From an uncultured Thermoplasmata archaeon (GTDB taxonomy: Archaea; Thermoplasmatota; Thermoplasmata; Lutacidiplasmatales; UBA184), in contig CAVRCS010000004.1 of assembly GCA_963719635.1 (NCBI GenBank), positions 693,159 through 757,158 of the forward strand: 64,000 bases of DNA. The letters run 5' to 3'. Below the pieces are notes generated by a model. The model was not told where the DNA came from. It made no database searches and worked only from the letters and a program-made list of their open reading frames with translations. Numbering within the stretch: the stretch's first letter is position 1; each line of letters starts with the position of its first letter. Of this stretch, positions 8,140-18,501 are shown one piece after another. The translations under genes and the position numbers were made by a program.

Positions 8140-9414
8140 TCAGGCGGACTCGTCGGACTTCAGCCCCAGCGCCCGGCGCCCTGCGTCGATGCGGGCCGCG
8201 CGGTAGTCGACCTGGGCCTCTCCTTCGCCGCGCGGAACGCCCAGCTCCTTCAGCAGCTCGCGGACGAGCCGCTCGCCGGCCTCCCCGTCCAGCCACGCGG
8301 TGGTCGGGCGGGACTCGGCGAGCAGGCTGGCGACGCCGGCCGCCTCCACGTCCGCCTCCTCTGGATGGGCCTCCGAGAGTTCCCCCGCCGCCGCCACCTC
8401 GCGCGTCTCCCAGAGGACGGTCGCGGCACCCCCGCCCGCCGCCCGGGCGATCCCCGCGAGGTCGAGGTCGGCGATCGTCCCCTCGCCCAGGGTGCCGCGG
8501 AGCCGCGGATAGACGAGCCCGCCCGCGGCCGAGACGGCGCGGACCTCGGCGGTGAGCTGCTCCCGGACCGCCTCCGCGGTGCGCCCGGCGAGGTCGATCT
8601 CGACCAGCCGGACCGCCTCGGGGGGCGCCGTGTCGATCGTCTCGTGCGTCAGACGGCCGTCCTCGACGGTGACGACCACGACCCCCTGGTGGGTCCGACC
8701 GGTCGCGGCGTTCTCGAGGTCGGTCCGGCTCGTCCCGAAGACCGCCCCGGGGTTGACGAGCAGGCCGCCGTCCGGGCCCTCCCCTTCGTACGAGTAGTGG
8801 ATGTGGCCGCCGGCGTAGTAGTCGCAGCCCGCCGGGAGGTCCTCGCGGTGGATCCCCCGGATGTGCTCTCGCAGGCCGGCGGGGAGGTACTCCTCGACCG
8901 CGGCGTGGAACTGGAAGATCTTGAACCCCGGCTCGTCCCGGAACGCCTCCGCGTCGACGGCCCGGAAGTACTCCCGGTCGAGACCGTGGGAGCGGCCGGA
9001 GATCCCGGCGATCCGGGCGCCGGTCGGTGCGTCGATGAGGAACGGGAGGCTCCACCGCGTCCCTTCGGTCCGGACCGCTTCGGGAGCGACCTTCACGAAG
9101 ACGCCGCTGGCGGCGAGCACGTCGAGCCAGCTCGTGCGGTGGGCGACGTAGTCGTGGGAGCCGTAGATCACGTAGACCCGGCGGCCGTGGTCGATCAGCC
9201 GCTTGAGGGCCGTCGCGACCGGGGCGACCTCCGCCGGGTCCGGCACCGGGGTATGGAACAGGTCACCGGAGACGAGCAGGAACTCGCACGCCTGCTCCTC
9301 CACCACCTCCAAGGCCCGCAGGACGCTCGCGCGCAGCGCCCCTCGGAACGCCGGCGACCTCGGCCAGGCGCCGACGTGCGCGTCGGCCAGATGCGCGAAC
9401 CGCCAGCGCGCCAC
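8140..9414 (-). CDS. mre11: Mre11 DNA double-strand break repair nuclease (calcineurin-like phosphoesterase)
   Basis: Archaeal-type N-terminus MARWRFAHLADAHVG. Phosphoesterase motifs GDLFH, GSHD and GGHIH. SD GGGGGAG is 4 nt upstream of the GTG start. The stop codon lies 9 nt upstream of the rad50 start. Confidence 0.85.
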   Translation of the reverse strand: MARWRFAHLADAHVGAWPRSPAFRGALRASVLRALEVVEEQACEFLLVSGDLFHTPVPDPAEVAPVATALKRLIDHGRRVYVIYGSHDYVAHRTSWLDVLAASGVFVKVAPEAVRTEGTRWSLPFLIDAPTGARIAGISGRSHGLDREYFRAVDAEAFRDEPGFKIFQFHAAVEEYLPAGLREHIRGIHREDLPAGCDYYAGGHIHYSYEGEGPDGGLLVNPGAVFGTSRTDLENAATGRTHQGVVVVTVEDGRLTHETIDTAPPEAVRLVEIDLAGRTAEAVREQLTAEVRAVSAAGGLVYPRLRGTLGEGTIADLDLAGIARAAGGGAATVLWETREVAAAGELSEAHPEEADVEAAGVASLLAESRPTTAWLDGEAGERLVRELLKELGVPRGEGEAQVDYRAARIDAGRRALGLKSDESA

Positions 9415-9422
9415 GGCTCCCC

Positions 9423-9849
9423 CTATGCGTCGCGTCGAGCGGTCGACCCCTTGTCGCTCTGGGCGGGCGCAGCCGGCCCAGCGGCGATCCGTTGCGCCAT
9501 CGCAGCCAGCAGGCCCGCGCCGGCGCCCATCGCCAGCAGGCCGATCAGGAACAGGTCGTCCGAGCCCGACGGCGCGGCCGCGACCCGCGGAGCGACGAAC
9601 CCGCCCCCGGCCTGGGGTGCCGCGGCGCCCGCGGCGAGCGTCAGGGCCCGTCGGGCGACCTCGCTCGACCGGATCGCTGCCTGCATCAGGCCGAACAGCT
9701 CGGTCGCCTCCTCCATCGTGACCTGACGGGCGCGCAGACGACCGACCAGGTAGTTGTACCGCGCCTGCCGCTGCGCCTCGGGCGCGCCCGACGTGGTCGC
9801 GGGCGGGGCGCCCGACGCGGCGTCCACTCCCATCGCCACCATCGGCGGG
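9423..9849 (-). CDS. Hypothetical membrane-anchored protein (weak call)
   Basis: ATG at 9849 gives MVAMGVDAAS...; a C-terminal hydrophobic helix LFLIGLLAMGAGAGLLAAMA is present. The ORF-track N-terminal extension (S/R-rich) is rejected. Confidence 0.2.
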
Positions 9850-9954
9850 GCCAGCGCGCGAAGCCTCTTCAATCGGACGGTCGGCCCTGCGGAGCGGCGG
9901 AGCGCGTTCTGGCGCCCCGTTCCGTTAATAGGGCGGGCGTGCCCTCCGAATGCG

Positions 9955-10326
9955 ATGGCCAACGCGACCCCGAGCACCCCCGAGAAAGAGGGGGACGACA
10001 AGGACCGCCACCTCCACGTGCGGCTGTCGGACGACCGGAGTTCGATCTTTGACCTGATCACCGAGTACCTCCACGCGGCGGGCAAGACCGCCGACTGGTA
10101 CTGGCGGACCGCAGGCCGGCTCGAGGGGAACGAGGCGGACAACTTCGAGGAGCTGCTCTCGAGCGCGTTCGAGGCGGGCGCGTTCATCGCCCACGACCAC
10201 CCGGAGGACGTTGAGTTCCGCTGGGTGTCGGAAGACGAGTGCGAGCGCGAGCGCAAGCGCGAGGAACGGGGCGAGCAGCGCGAAGCGGCCAAGAAGGACC
10301 GCTCCAGCCTGCCCCACTACGCCTAA
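9955..10326 (+). CDS. Hypothetical acidic protein (123 aa)
   Basis: ATG at 9955 with TTAATA at 9925-9930 ~27 nt upstream (leaderless). The codon usage is coding-like. The 9754 start in the ORF track is rejected. Confidence 0.5.
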   Translation: MANATPSTPEKEGDDKDRHLHVRLSDDRSSIFDLITEYLHAAGKTADWYWRTAGRLEGNEADNFEELLSSAFEAGAFIAHDHPEDVEFRWVSEDECERERKREERGEQREAAKKDRSSLPHYA

Positions 10327-10563
10327 CCGCACCCCACCGCGCACCGACCCCCATGCCCGCTCGGAGCCGCCGCCACGGCGAGGTACCCGGGCCGGTGACC
10401 GGGTACGTCTCGCGAGGGCGACTCGACGCCGGCATCAGGGGGTCGCTCTCGGTGGGCAGCGTGGGGGCGCCGCTTCGGGTCGCGTGGCTGGCCCGGGGCG
10501 AGAACTGGACGACCTCCTCCACGGTTCCGTTGGCGACCGTCAGCGCCCCGCGCCGGGGCGACG

Positions 10564-13500
10564 TCAGAACGTACCCGGGGGAGGTCGAACCTGGAAGGCG
10601 TAGCTGCCGTTCCGCAGCTGGAACGATACCGTTGCGTTCGTCGAGGAGCCGTGGGAGGCGAGGGGCCGCGCGCTCCCGGTGGAGCGGACGCCGACCTTCC
10701 ACTCCGTCCCGGCCGCCAGGCCGGTCTCGACGAACACCACCGTGAACGTGTAGGCGACGAACGGTAGCCGCAGCGGCGTGACCGCGCGGTCGACGTCGAC
10801 CTCGTGCTCGCCCGGGTGCTCCGCGACGAACCCGACCGAGGAGAAGGCGCCGTACGAGTAGCCGTGCTCGCCCCGCGGAACCAGCAGGAGGTACTGCGGC
10901 ACGTCGCCGATGACCAACTCTTCGACGGTCTGGTTCACCGAGACGAAGGCGTACCACGCCGAGCCGTTGCGGGGGAAGCCGTCCGGCTGCAACCGGAGGA
11001 AGCCGTAGTCGGGGCTGACCTTGAGGCGGACGACGGCGGACTCGTTGCGATCGACGGTGAGGGTCCCCTCCTTTCCGGTCAGCTGCTCTCCCGGGATCAC
11101 GGGCTGGTAGGCGTACGTCCCCGCGGGAAGGTGGATCCCCACGGACCCGGGCCCCCCGGTCTCCGCCACGATCTTGGGGAAGGGTCGGCCCTCGAGCGTG
11201 GCGACGATCCCCCAGGAAGGGATCCCCCCGCCGCGGACGGACGGGAGCCCGCGGACCTCGACCGTCACCTGGTAGAAGTACGCTCCCGGAAACGTGAGGG
11301 GAGCGTCGTCGCCGCCGGGGGAAAGGTGCGGATGGCACGTCCCCTCGACGCAGAACGCACCGGGGACGTCCTCGTCGTACGGCAGCGTGCCGAGGGGGTC
11401 GTGCGCCCCGTTGAACGGGTTCGACGCCGCGCCGTAATCCCACCAGTAGTTGCCGGCCTGTTCCGCCCCGCCGACGATGTTCGGCCCGGAGAACGCGAAC
11501 TCGGGAAAGCCGGGCAGCGGCGGTCCGCCGTCCCCCGGCGTCGCGTTCCACTGGACGGCGAACGCCGCGGGCGCGACCGTGTACAGGTTCTCGGGGGGCT
11601 CGGCGGCCGTCGTGGGCGTGGCGAAGTAGTTGTTGAAGACCCGGTAGTCGTTCTCGCCGACCTCGAGCCCCAGTCCGGAGGAGTACGGCATCAGCGGAAG
11701 ACACCCCGTCGACTCCGGGCACCGAGGGCCGACGCTCGCCGTGCTGAACGTCGTTCCCCAGACGGTATTGTTGCCGCCGCTGGCGGTCTGCGGCCCTCCT
11801 TCGACCGAGCCCCCCTGGTAGAGCAGGACTCCCCGGTCTGCGGTCGCAAAGGAGTCCTCCCAGAGTAGGTCGTGGCTCGAGCCGTAGAGGACGAGCGCGA
11901 ACGAGTTCAGGAACGTCGGGTCGTACGCCGAGGCGGCCACCCAACCCCCCGAGAACGCCGTCCGGACGATCGCGACGTTGCTGGCGTTCCAGAGCCACCA
12001 CGGGAGCGCATTCGTTCCGGGGATTGCGGGAGCGAGCGCCACGCTGGGGCTGGTGGTCGCGAAGAGCATCGGCTCGTTGTCGAGGACGACGCTCGCCGAC
12101 GTGTTGCGGAGGAACACGCCGGGATAGACGGGGTTCTGGAAATCGTTGTACAGCCCGAACGCCGGACCGAGGGAGGCGTTGGAGGGAGCCGGGAGTTCGT
12201 ACGGGTCGTGGGGGGTCCCGCTCCCGGCGACCGACAGCGCCGCCAGTTCGGAGTTCGTGTTCGCCCAGAGCGGGGTGTAGATCCCCGCGGCGGCGGACGG
12301 AACGAGGTCGGCGATCAGGACGGCCGCTCCCGTCAGGTCGATCTGCTGCGTGGACGGCTGATAGCCACTGAGCTCGGTCGTGAACGTGTAGTTGCCGACG
12401 GCAAGGTACAGGGTGGTAGCGAGCGTCCCTGCGGCGACGGCGGGCTCTACGTCGATACCGAGGGAGTGGAGGAACGTCGGCGCCGGCCCGGCCGAGCGAA
12501 TCACCTCGAACGCATTGGACGGGCTCGTGTGGAGCGTCACGGGGAACGACCCCTCCGGCCCGCTCGCGTTCCACAGTCCGTCAAGAGCCGAGGCGCCGGT
12601 GGTCATCGTCCCGTACGGCACGGCTCCCGGCCCACCCCCGGGAGGCACGTCCGACCAGGCGATCGACGCGCCGCTGGCGGTCTCGCCGGAATCGGAACCG
12701 AAGTCAAACGCCGCGGGGACCGCGACGTATCGGCTGCCGCCCCATGTGGCGAGACCCAGGTCCGCGTCCGCCGAGGCGAGGTCGGCCTGGGAGCCCCCCC
12801 CCGGGCCGCCGAAGATAAGCTCGAAGTCGTTCGGCAGGCCGACCGCGTTCAGGTGGCGGCCGTCCGCCGTGAAGTTCGCCGGGGCGGCGGGGGCGCTGCC
12901 GCCAACGCCCGTCGAGTTGAACACCACCGCGTCGAACGTGTCGTTGGCGAGTGGGGTCGGGACCCCGGGCCCGGCGAACGCGGCCCCGAAGTCGACCGCC
13001 TGTCGGCCTTTCACGAGGGTCGACGTGAGCGTTAGCGTGAGGTTCCACGGATAGCGCACCTGGGCGAACGGCACCTCGGCGTAGTAGTACACGCCGTCGA
13101 CATCGTGCCCGTCGGGGCCGTGGGCGTAGATCGCATCGGGGAACACCCCACCGCCCGAGAAGTTCCAGAGGTTCGAGAAGAGGACGAGGTACTCCGCCTG
13201 CGGGTAGTACTCGACGATGTCCTGGGCCCAGAACGAGAAGTTCCCTGCTCCAGAGATCCGTATGCCGGTAAGCACCGCGTTGAGCTGGATCGAGAACGCG
13301 TCGGGGGTTCGAAGGTAGAGGTCCCCTCCGACCACGCCGGGGCCGAGCATCTCCACCGTCCCCTGCAGGCGCGTGGTCTCCAGCACGCTCGCGAGGACCG
13401 AGCCGTTCGTCGTAGTGGAGAGGCCGTCGTAGGCGAGGCCCATCGGGGCCGGCAGCGACGTGTACGCCGGCAGGATGTGGCCGCTCTTCCCTGCCTCCGC

Positions 13501-13833
13501 GACCGCGCTCGCCGGGAGGGACGGCCGGGGCACGAAGGCGGTCTGCGCTCCGGCGCCGCTCCGTTCCGCCGCAGCGATCCCGGCCGATGCGAGTGCCCCC
13601 GCCGGTCCTCCCGCCGAGCTACGGGTGGACCCGTTCGCGGCCAGGGGCTCGACCTCGGTCGCCGGCGGTGGGCGGACCGGCAAGCCGCTCACGGCGACCG
13701 CGGGGCCTAGGCCGGCCGCGGCCGGGAGGAGGTGGGCGGTGTGGCCCCCGGTCAGCTCGACCGCGCCCCCCGAAGAGAGCAGCAGTGCGAGCGCCACCCA
13801 AACTATCGGCCTCGGCTGGGGTCGCCTCCGCAT
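10564..13833 (-). CDS. Secreted, heavily N-glycosylated thermopsin-like (peptidase A5) protein with a C-terminal FVETGL repeat module
   Basis: Signal peptide IVWVALALLLSSGG. Motifs FSFWAQDIVEYY and LWNFSG resemble thermopsin YAYWLQDVGQF / NVWNLTG. There are more than 25 N-x-S/T sequons. Confidence 0.7.
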   Translation of the reverse strand: MRRRPQPRPIVWVALALLLSSGGAVELTGGHTAHLLPAAAGLGPAVAVSGLPVRPPPATEVEPLAANGSTRSSAGGPAGALASAGIAAAERSGAGAQTAFVPRPSLPASAVAEAGKSGHILPAYTSLPAPMGLAYDGLSTTTNGSVLASVLETTRLQGTVEMLGPGVVGGDLYLRTPDAFSIQLNAVLTGIRISGAGNFSFWAQDIVEYYPQAEYLVLFSNLWNFSGGGVFPDAIYAHGPDGHDVDGVYYYAEVPFAQVRYPWNLTLTLTSTLVKGRQAVDFGAAFAGPGVPTPLANDTFDAVVFNSTGVGGSAPAAPANFTADGRHLNAVGLPNDFELIFGGPGGGSQADLASADADLGLATWGGSRYVAVPAAFDFGSDSGETASGASIAWSDVPPGGGPGAVPYGTMTTGASALDGLWNASGPEGSFPVTLHTSPSNAFEVIRSAGPAPTFLHSLGIDVEPAVAAGTLATTLYLAVGNYTFTTELSGYQPSTQQIDLTGAAVLIADLVPSAAAGIYTPLWANTNSELAALSVAGSGTPHDPYELPAPSNASLGPAFGLYNDFQNPVYPGVFLRNTSASVVLDNEPMLFATTSPSVALAPAIPGTNALPWWLWNASNVAIVRTAFSGGWVAASAYDPTFLNSFALVLYGSSHDLLWEDSFATADRGVLLYQGGSVEGGPQTASGGNNTVWGTTFSTASVGPRCPESTGCLPLMPYSSGLGLEVGENDYRVFNNYFATPTTAAEPPENLYTVAPAAFAVQWNATPGDGGPPLPGFPEFAFSGPNIVGGAEQAGNYWWDYGAASNPFNGAHDPLGTLPYDEDVPGAFCVEGTCHPHLSPGGDDAPLTFPGAYFYQVTVEVRGLPSVRGGGIPSWGIVATLEGRPFPKIVAETGGPGSVGIHLPAGTYAYQPVIPGEQLTGKEGTLTVDRNESAVVRLKVSPDYGFLRLQPDGFPRNGSAWYAFVSVNQTVEELVIGDVPQYLLLVPRGEHGYSYGAFSSVGFVAEHPGEHEVDVDRAVTPLRLPFVAYTFTVVFVETGLAAGTEWKVGVRSTGSARPLASHGSSTNATVSFQLRNGSYAFQVRPPPGTF

Positions 13834-13930
13834 CGCCCCCCGCCGAGCGCTGCGCCTTCCTTAACTCCCCCCGGGCGGCCGTGGGCGAGCACCGCGAAGA
13901 GACGGGGCGCGCCGCCCCGTCCAGCTCGCC

Positions 13931-16060
13931 CTAGAAGTGGATCACCGAGTGCGCGACGATCAGCGCGACGAACAGGATCGAGATCGTGTTCACGACCTTG
14001 ATCAGCGGGTTGATCGCCGGGCCCGCCGTGTCCTTCGTCGCGTCCCCAACGGTGTCGCCGACGATCGCGGCCTTGTGGGCGTCCGAGTGCTTGCCGCCGA
14101 AGTGGCCGCTTTCGATGTACTTCTTCGCGTTGTCCCAAGCGCCGCCGCCGACCGTCATCATGATGGCGAGCGGGAAGCCGGCCAGAATGACGCCGAGGAG
14201 CATGCCGGCGAGCGCGATCGGGCCCAGAATGAATCCGACCGCCAGCGGCGCCGCCACGCCGATGATCGCGGGGGCCGCGAGCTGGCGGAGCGCCACCACC
14301 GTGCAGATGTCGACGCACTTACCGTACTCCGGACGGGCCTTGCCCTCGAGGAGGCCGGCGATCTCCCGGAACTGGCGGCGGACCTCGAAGACGATCGACT
14401 CGGCCGCGACCCCGACCGCGTTCATCAGGAACGACGTGAAGAAGAACGGCAGGATGCCGCCGATGATCAGCCCGCTGACGACCAGCGGGTTGTCCAGGGT
14501 CAGCGACGCGGTGAAGGCGGTCCACGGCACGTTCGCGCTGTTGGCGGCGGCGAACGTGTACGCGGCGAAGAGGGCGAGCGCGGCTAGGACCGCCGAGCCG
14601 ATCGCGTAGCCTTTCGTCACGGCCTTGGTCGTGTTGCCGACCGCGTCCAACGGGTCGGTCACGTCCCGGGCTAGCTGGGGCAGGTTCGCCATCTCGGCGA
14701 TCCCGCCCGCGTTGTCGGTGATCGGCCCGAACGCATCGATCGAGATGATCATCCCCGTGACGGCGAGCATGCTCGCGGCCGCGAGCCCGATGCCGTAGAG
14801 GCCCAGGAAGTTGTTGGGGAAGACCCACCAGCCCTGCCAGCCGACCGCGACGTAGCTGACGAGGGTCGCGGCAACGATCACGAGGCCCGAGACGAACACC
14901 GACTCGAGTCCCACCGACAGGCCGCTGATGACGGTCGGTCCGGCGCCCGCCTGGGAGGCGTTCGCGATCCGATGGACCGGCCCGTACTTCGAGCTGGTGT
15001 AGTAATCGGTGAGCACGACGATGAGGACCATGACGACCAGGCCGGCGACCGTCGCGACGAAGACGCCGGTGTTCGCGTTCATCAAGTAGTAATCGAGCAG
15101 GTAGAGGCCGGCGACGCCGACCGCCGTCGTCGCGGCGAGGCCCTGGTACAGGGCGCCCATGATCGAACCGCCGGGGCGCATCCGGACGAAGACGGTCCCG
15201 ACCAGCGTGGCGACGATTGCCCAGGCGCTGATGATCAGCGGGTAGAGGATCGCGGTCGGGAACCGGCTGGTGAAGCCGACGACGTACGGCACGCCGTGCG
15301 TGCCCTGGGCGATCAGGTAGGCGAGGAGCATCGCGCTGACGGCGGTGACCACGTACGTCTCGAACAGGTCGGCGGCCATGCCGGCGCAGTCGCCGACGTT
15401 GTCCCCGACGTTGTCGGCGATGACCCCCGGGTTCCGCGGGTCGTCCTCCGGGATCCCGGCCTCGACCTTCCCGACGAGGTCGGTCCCGACGTCCGCTCCC
15501 TTGGTGTAGATCCCTCCGCCGACCCGGGCGAAGAGGCTCATGAGCGAGGCCCCGAAGAGGAGCCCGACCATGGTGAGGATGTTGCCGTCAAACACAACGT
15601 AGAATCCGATGAGCTCGAGCAGCGCCAAGCCCGCCACCGATAGGCCGGTGACGCTTCCGCCCCGGAAGGCGAACGCCATCGTGGCTCCGAGGTCCCCCGA
15701 AAGGGCCTTCGCGGCCGTGCGGCCGTTCGCCCGCACGCTCACGAACATCCCGACCGCCCCCGCGAGCGCGCTGCCGGCGGCCCCGAACAGGAAGCCTACG
15801 GCGAGGCGCGGGCCGGTCCCCGAGATCCCGAACGCGAATGCGATGATGACCGCGAGGACGGCCGCGACGGCGAACACGGCGGTGTACTCGCGCCGCAGGA
15901 ACGCGACCGCCCCCTCGCGGATCGCCGCCGATATCTCGCGGACCTTCTCGTCGCCCTCGTCCTCCCGCAGGACCAGCACGGTCTGGACGCCCGCGTAGGC
16001 GAGGGCGAGCGCCGACGCCAAGAACACCAGGAGCTCAAGTTGCTGGGTCGTCAGTCCCAT
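13931..16060 (-). CDS. hppA: Membrane-bound proton/sodium-translocating pyrophosphatase
   Basis: Full-length H+-PPase with conserved segments GGGIYTKGADVGTDLVGK, DNVGDNVGD, DAFGPITDNAGG and GDTVGD. ATG at 16060 (MGLTTQQ). Confidence 0.9.
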   Translation of the reverse strand: MGLTTQQLELLVFLASALALAYAGVQTVLVLREDEGDEKVREISAAIREGAVAFLRREYTAVFAVAAVLAVIIAFAFGISGTGPRLAVGFLFGAAGSALAGAVGMFVSVRANGRTAAKALSGDLGATMAFAFRGGSVTGLSVAGLALLELIGFYVVFDGNILTMVGLLFGASLMSLFARVGGGIYTKGADVGTDLVGKVEAGIPEDDPRNPGVIADNVGDNVGDCAGMAADLFETYVVTAVSAMLLAYLIAQGTHGVPYVVGFTSRFPTAILYPLIISAWAIVATLVGTVFVRMRPGGSIMGALYQGLAATTAVGVAGLYLLDYYLMNANTGVFVATVAGLVVMVLIVVLTDYYTSSKYGPVHRIANASQAGAGPTVISGLSVGLESVFVSGLVIVAATLVSYVAVGWQGWWVFPNNFLGLYGIGLAAASMLAVTGMIISIDAFGPITDNAGGIAEMANLPQLARDVTDPLDAVGNTTKAVTKGYAIGSAVLAALALFAAYTFAAANSANVPWTAFTASLTLDNPLVVSGLIIGGILPFFFTSFLMNAVGVAAESIVFEVRRQFREIAGLLEGKARPEYGKCVDICTVVALRQLAAPAIIGVAAPLAVGFILGPIALAGMLLGVILAGFPLAIMMTVGGGAWDNAKKYIESGHFGGKHSDAHKAAIVGDTVGDATKDTAGPAINPLIKVVNTISILFVALIVAHSVIHF

Positions 16061-16164
16061 GACGGGGTACCCCGAATGGGGCGGTTCCACGGGGGTCGAG
16101 TAATAACATTTGCTTCGGCGACCGGGCGCCGGTCTCCGGCCCTTTCGTCTCGGCCGGAGGGGTT

Positions 16165-16395
16165 ATGTCCGAGCGGAGAGGTTTGCGGTGCGTGCCGGCG
16201 GTCGATTTCACGGAGCTCCGCGACTCGGGGACCCGACGGCTCCGCGTGACATGCAAGTACTGCGGCTCGAACTTAGAGATCGCCCGACTTCGGGAGCACC
16301 TGCGCGCCGGCCACCATCTCGACTCGACCGTCGTGGAGTCGTCGTACCTGGCCGCGCTGATGGACGTCCGACGGGCCCGCCGTAGCCGGGTCTGA
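16165..16395 (+). CDS. Small C2H2-type zinc-finger protein
   Basis: CKYC-x12-H-x5-HH. SD GGAGGGG is upstream of ATG 16165. An AT-rich GAGTAATAACATTT element lies ~50 nt upstream. Confidence 0.4.
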   Translation: MSERRGLRCVPAVDFTELRDSGTRRLRVTCKYCGSNLEIARLREHLRAGHHLDSTVVESSYLAALMDVRRARRSRV

Positions 16396-16412
16396 GCCCG
16401 GCACCGCTCCCC

Positions 16413-18329
16413 CTACGGGTCGAACTCGCGTTGGCGGACCTTCTCGGTAACGTAGCCGAGGAACTCCGCCCGGGACATCGTCTTGGACGACTTCGTACCG
16501 CGCACGCGGACCGACACGGAGCCGTCCGCCACCTCGCGTTCCCCCACCACCAGGATGTACGGTATCCGCTCCAGCTCGGCCTCCCGGACGCGCTTCGGGA
16601 GCGTGCTGTCGCTTCCCCCGGCGTGGGCGCGCAGGCCGCCCGCAACGAGTTCGGCGGCGACCGCGCGGGACGCCTCGGCTTGGGCGTCCGTCACCGGCAG
16701 CACCCGCACCTGCAGCGGTGCGAGCCAGGGTGGCCAGCGTCCTCCAACGTGCTCGGTGAGCACGCCGATGAACCGCTCCCAGGTCCCTAGGATGGTGCGG
16801 TGCACCACGACCGGGGTGTGCATCGCTCCGTCCGGCCCCTGGTACTCGAGGTGGAAGCGTTGGGGCATCTGGTAGTCGAGCTGGATCGTCCCCGTCTGCC
16901 ACGGTCGGCCCAGGCTGTCCTTGAGGTGGATGTCGATCTTCGGGGCGTAGAACGCCCCTTCCCCCGCGGAGCGCCGGAACACGACGCCGGAGCCTTCCAG
17001 TAGCCGCTGCAGCACTCCCTCCGCCTTGTCCCAGTCGGCCGAGTCCCCCAGGAACGACGGCGGCCGGGTCGACAGTTCGAACGAGTAGGTGAGGCGGAAC
17101 GTGGTGCACGCCTCGCGGATCCACTCCAGCAGGACCCGGATCTCCGGTTCGATCTGCTCCTCCGTGACAAAGATGTGGGCATCGTCCTGGACGAACTCCC
17201 GCACCCGCATCAGCCCGTGAAGGGTGCCGCTCGCTTCGAGACGGTGCAGGGGGGCGAACTCCGCCAGTCGCAGCGGCAGCTCCCGGTAGCTCCGCGGCCG
17301 TGAACCGAAGATCAGCATCGAGCCCGGGCAGTTCATCGGCTTCCAGCCGTACTCCTGGCCGTCCGCCTCAGTGGTGAACATGTTCTCCCGGTAGTGGTCC
17401 CAGTGGCCGCTGGTCTGGTACACCGACTTCGCGAACAGCAGCGGGGTCCGGATCTCGGCGTAACCGGCCTTGCGGAGGTGCTCGGTGACGTACCGCTCCA
17501 GCTGGCGGACGATGACCATCCCGTTCGGAAGCCAGAACGGAAAGCCGGGCGCGTGCTCGCTGAACATGAACAGCTCCTGCCGCTGGCCGACCGTGCGGTG
17601 GTCCCGGGCGGCGGCCTCCTCCCGGAGCTTCAGGAAGCGCTGGAGCTCGTCCCGGCTCGGGAACCCGACGCCCCGGATCCGCTGGAGCGGTCGGGCGCCG
17701 GGCGCGCCCGCCTCGGTGGCGGAGAAGCCAAGGACATGCACGCCGGCGAGCCAGCGGGTGTCCGGCACGTGCGGGCCTCGGCAGAGGTCGGTGAACGCGC
17801 CCGTCTCGTAGACGGAGAGCTCCTCCCCCGCCGGTGTCGCGTCGATGTACCCGAGCTTGTACGGGTTCTTCGCGAACAGCCCCTTCGCCTCGTCGCGGCT
17901 TAGCTCCCGGCGCACGAACGGTTCGCGCGCCTCGATCGAACGACGGAGCGACGCGGCCACAGCCTCGAGGTCTGGCGGAGTGAGCGGGCGCACGTCGAAG
18001 TCGTAGAAGAACCCGTCCTCGGTCGGAGGGCCGTGGGTCGGCAGCGCCTCGGGGATCACCTCGGTGAGTGCCTTCGCGACAAGGTGTGCGGAGGAATGCT
18101 GCAGGATCTCCCAGCCGACACGGTCCTCGAAGGTGAGGGGGGCGAGGGTCCCGGAGAGCGTGGGGCGGAACGAGAGGTCGACCGGTCGGCCGTTCCAGAG
18201 CGCGGCCAGGTACGCAGACGCCTTTCCGGGCGCCCAGTTGGTGAGCAGCTCGCCGACGGTCGAGGGGTCCGCCGCGGTCAGGCGCTGGCCGTCCGGAAAG
18301 GTCGCCTCAACGACGTCGGTTGTGGCCAT
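16413..18329 (-). CDS. thrS: Threonyl-tRNA synthetase (bacterial-type, with TGS and editing domain)
   Basis: Editing HxxxH (HSSAHLV), class II motifs, and the C-terminal anticodon-binding domain. ATG at 18329 (MATTDVVEATFPDG). The ORF-track start at 18515 is rejected. Confidence 0.9.
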   Translation of the reverse strand: MATTDVVEATFPDGQRLTAADPSTVGELLTNWAPGKASAYLAALWNGRPVDLSFRPTLSGTLAPLTFEDRVGWEILQHSSAHLVAKALTEVIPEALPTHGPPTEDGFFYDFDVRPLTPPDLEAVAASLRRSIEAREPFVRRELSRDEAKGLFAKNPYKLGYIDATPAGEELSVYETGAFTDLCRGPHVPDTRWLAGVHVLGFSATEAGAPGARPLQRIRGVGFPSRDELQRFLKLREEAAARDHRTVGQRQELFMFSEHAPGFPFWLPNGMVIVRQLERYVTEHLRKAGYAEIRTPLLFAKSVYQTSGHWDHYRENMFTTEADGQEYGWKPMNCPGSMLIFGSRPRSYRELPLRLAEFAPLHRLEASGTLHGLMRVREFVQDDAHIFVTEEQIEPEIRVLLEWIREACTTFRLTYSFELSTRPPSFLGDSADWDKAEGVLQRLLEGSGVVFRRSAGEGAFYAPKIDIHLKDSLGRPWQTGTIQLDYQMPQRFHLEYQGPDGAMHTPVVVHRTILGTWERFIGVLTEHVGGRWPPWLAPLQVRVLPVTDAQAEASRAVAAELVAGGLRAHAGGSDSTLPKRVREAELERIPYILVVGEREVADGSVSVRVRGTKSSKTMSRAEFLGYVTEKVRQREFDP

Positions 18330-18501
18330 GGGCTCCCCATCCCGACCCGACCCCTGCCAAAACCCTTCCGGGCCGACACCGGTCCCGCCTCTCGGAGCGC
18401 GGACCGGCGGCGACCCTGCGCGCGCGAGGTCTGGCCGCCCTCTGCCACCCCCGCCGCGTATGCACCCCGCCGGCCTTCCCCGACCTTGGGAGGTGACCGT
18501 G

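Noticed and set aside
9423-10292. N-terminal 150 aa of ORF 9423-10292 (minus) and a herA/nurA candidate upstream of mre11
   Set aside because: S/R-rich junk translation with no ATPase or nuclease motifs. Only the C-terminal 142 aa is kept, as a weak hypothetical.
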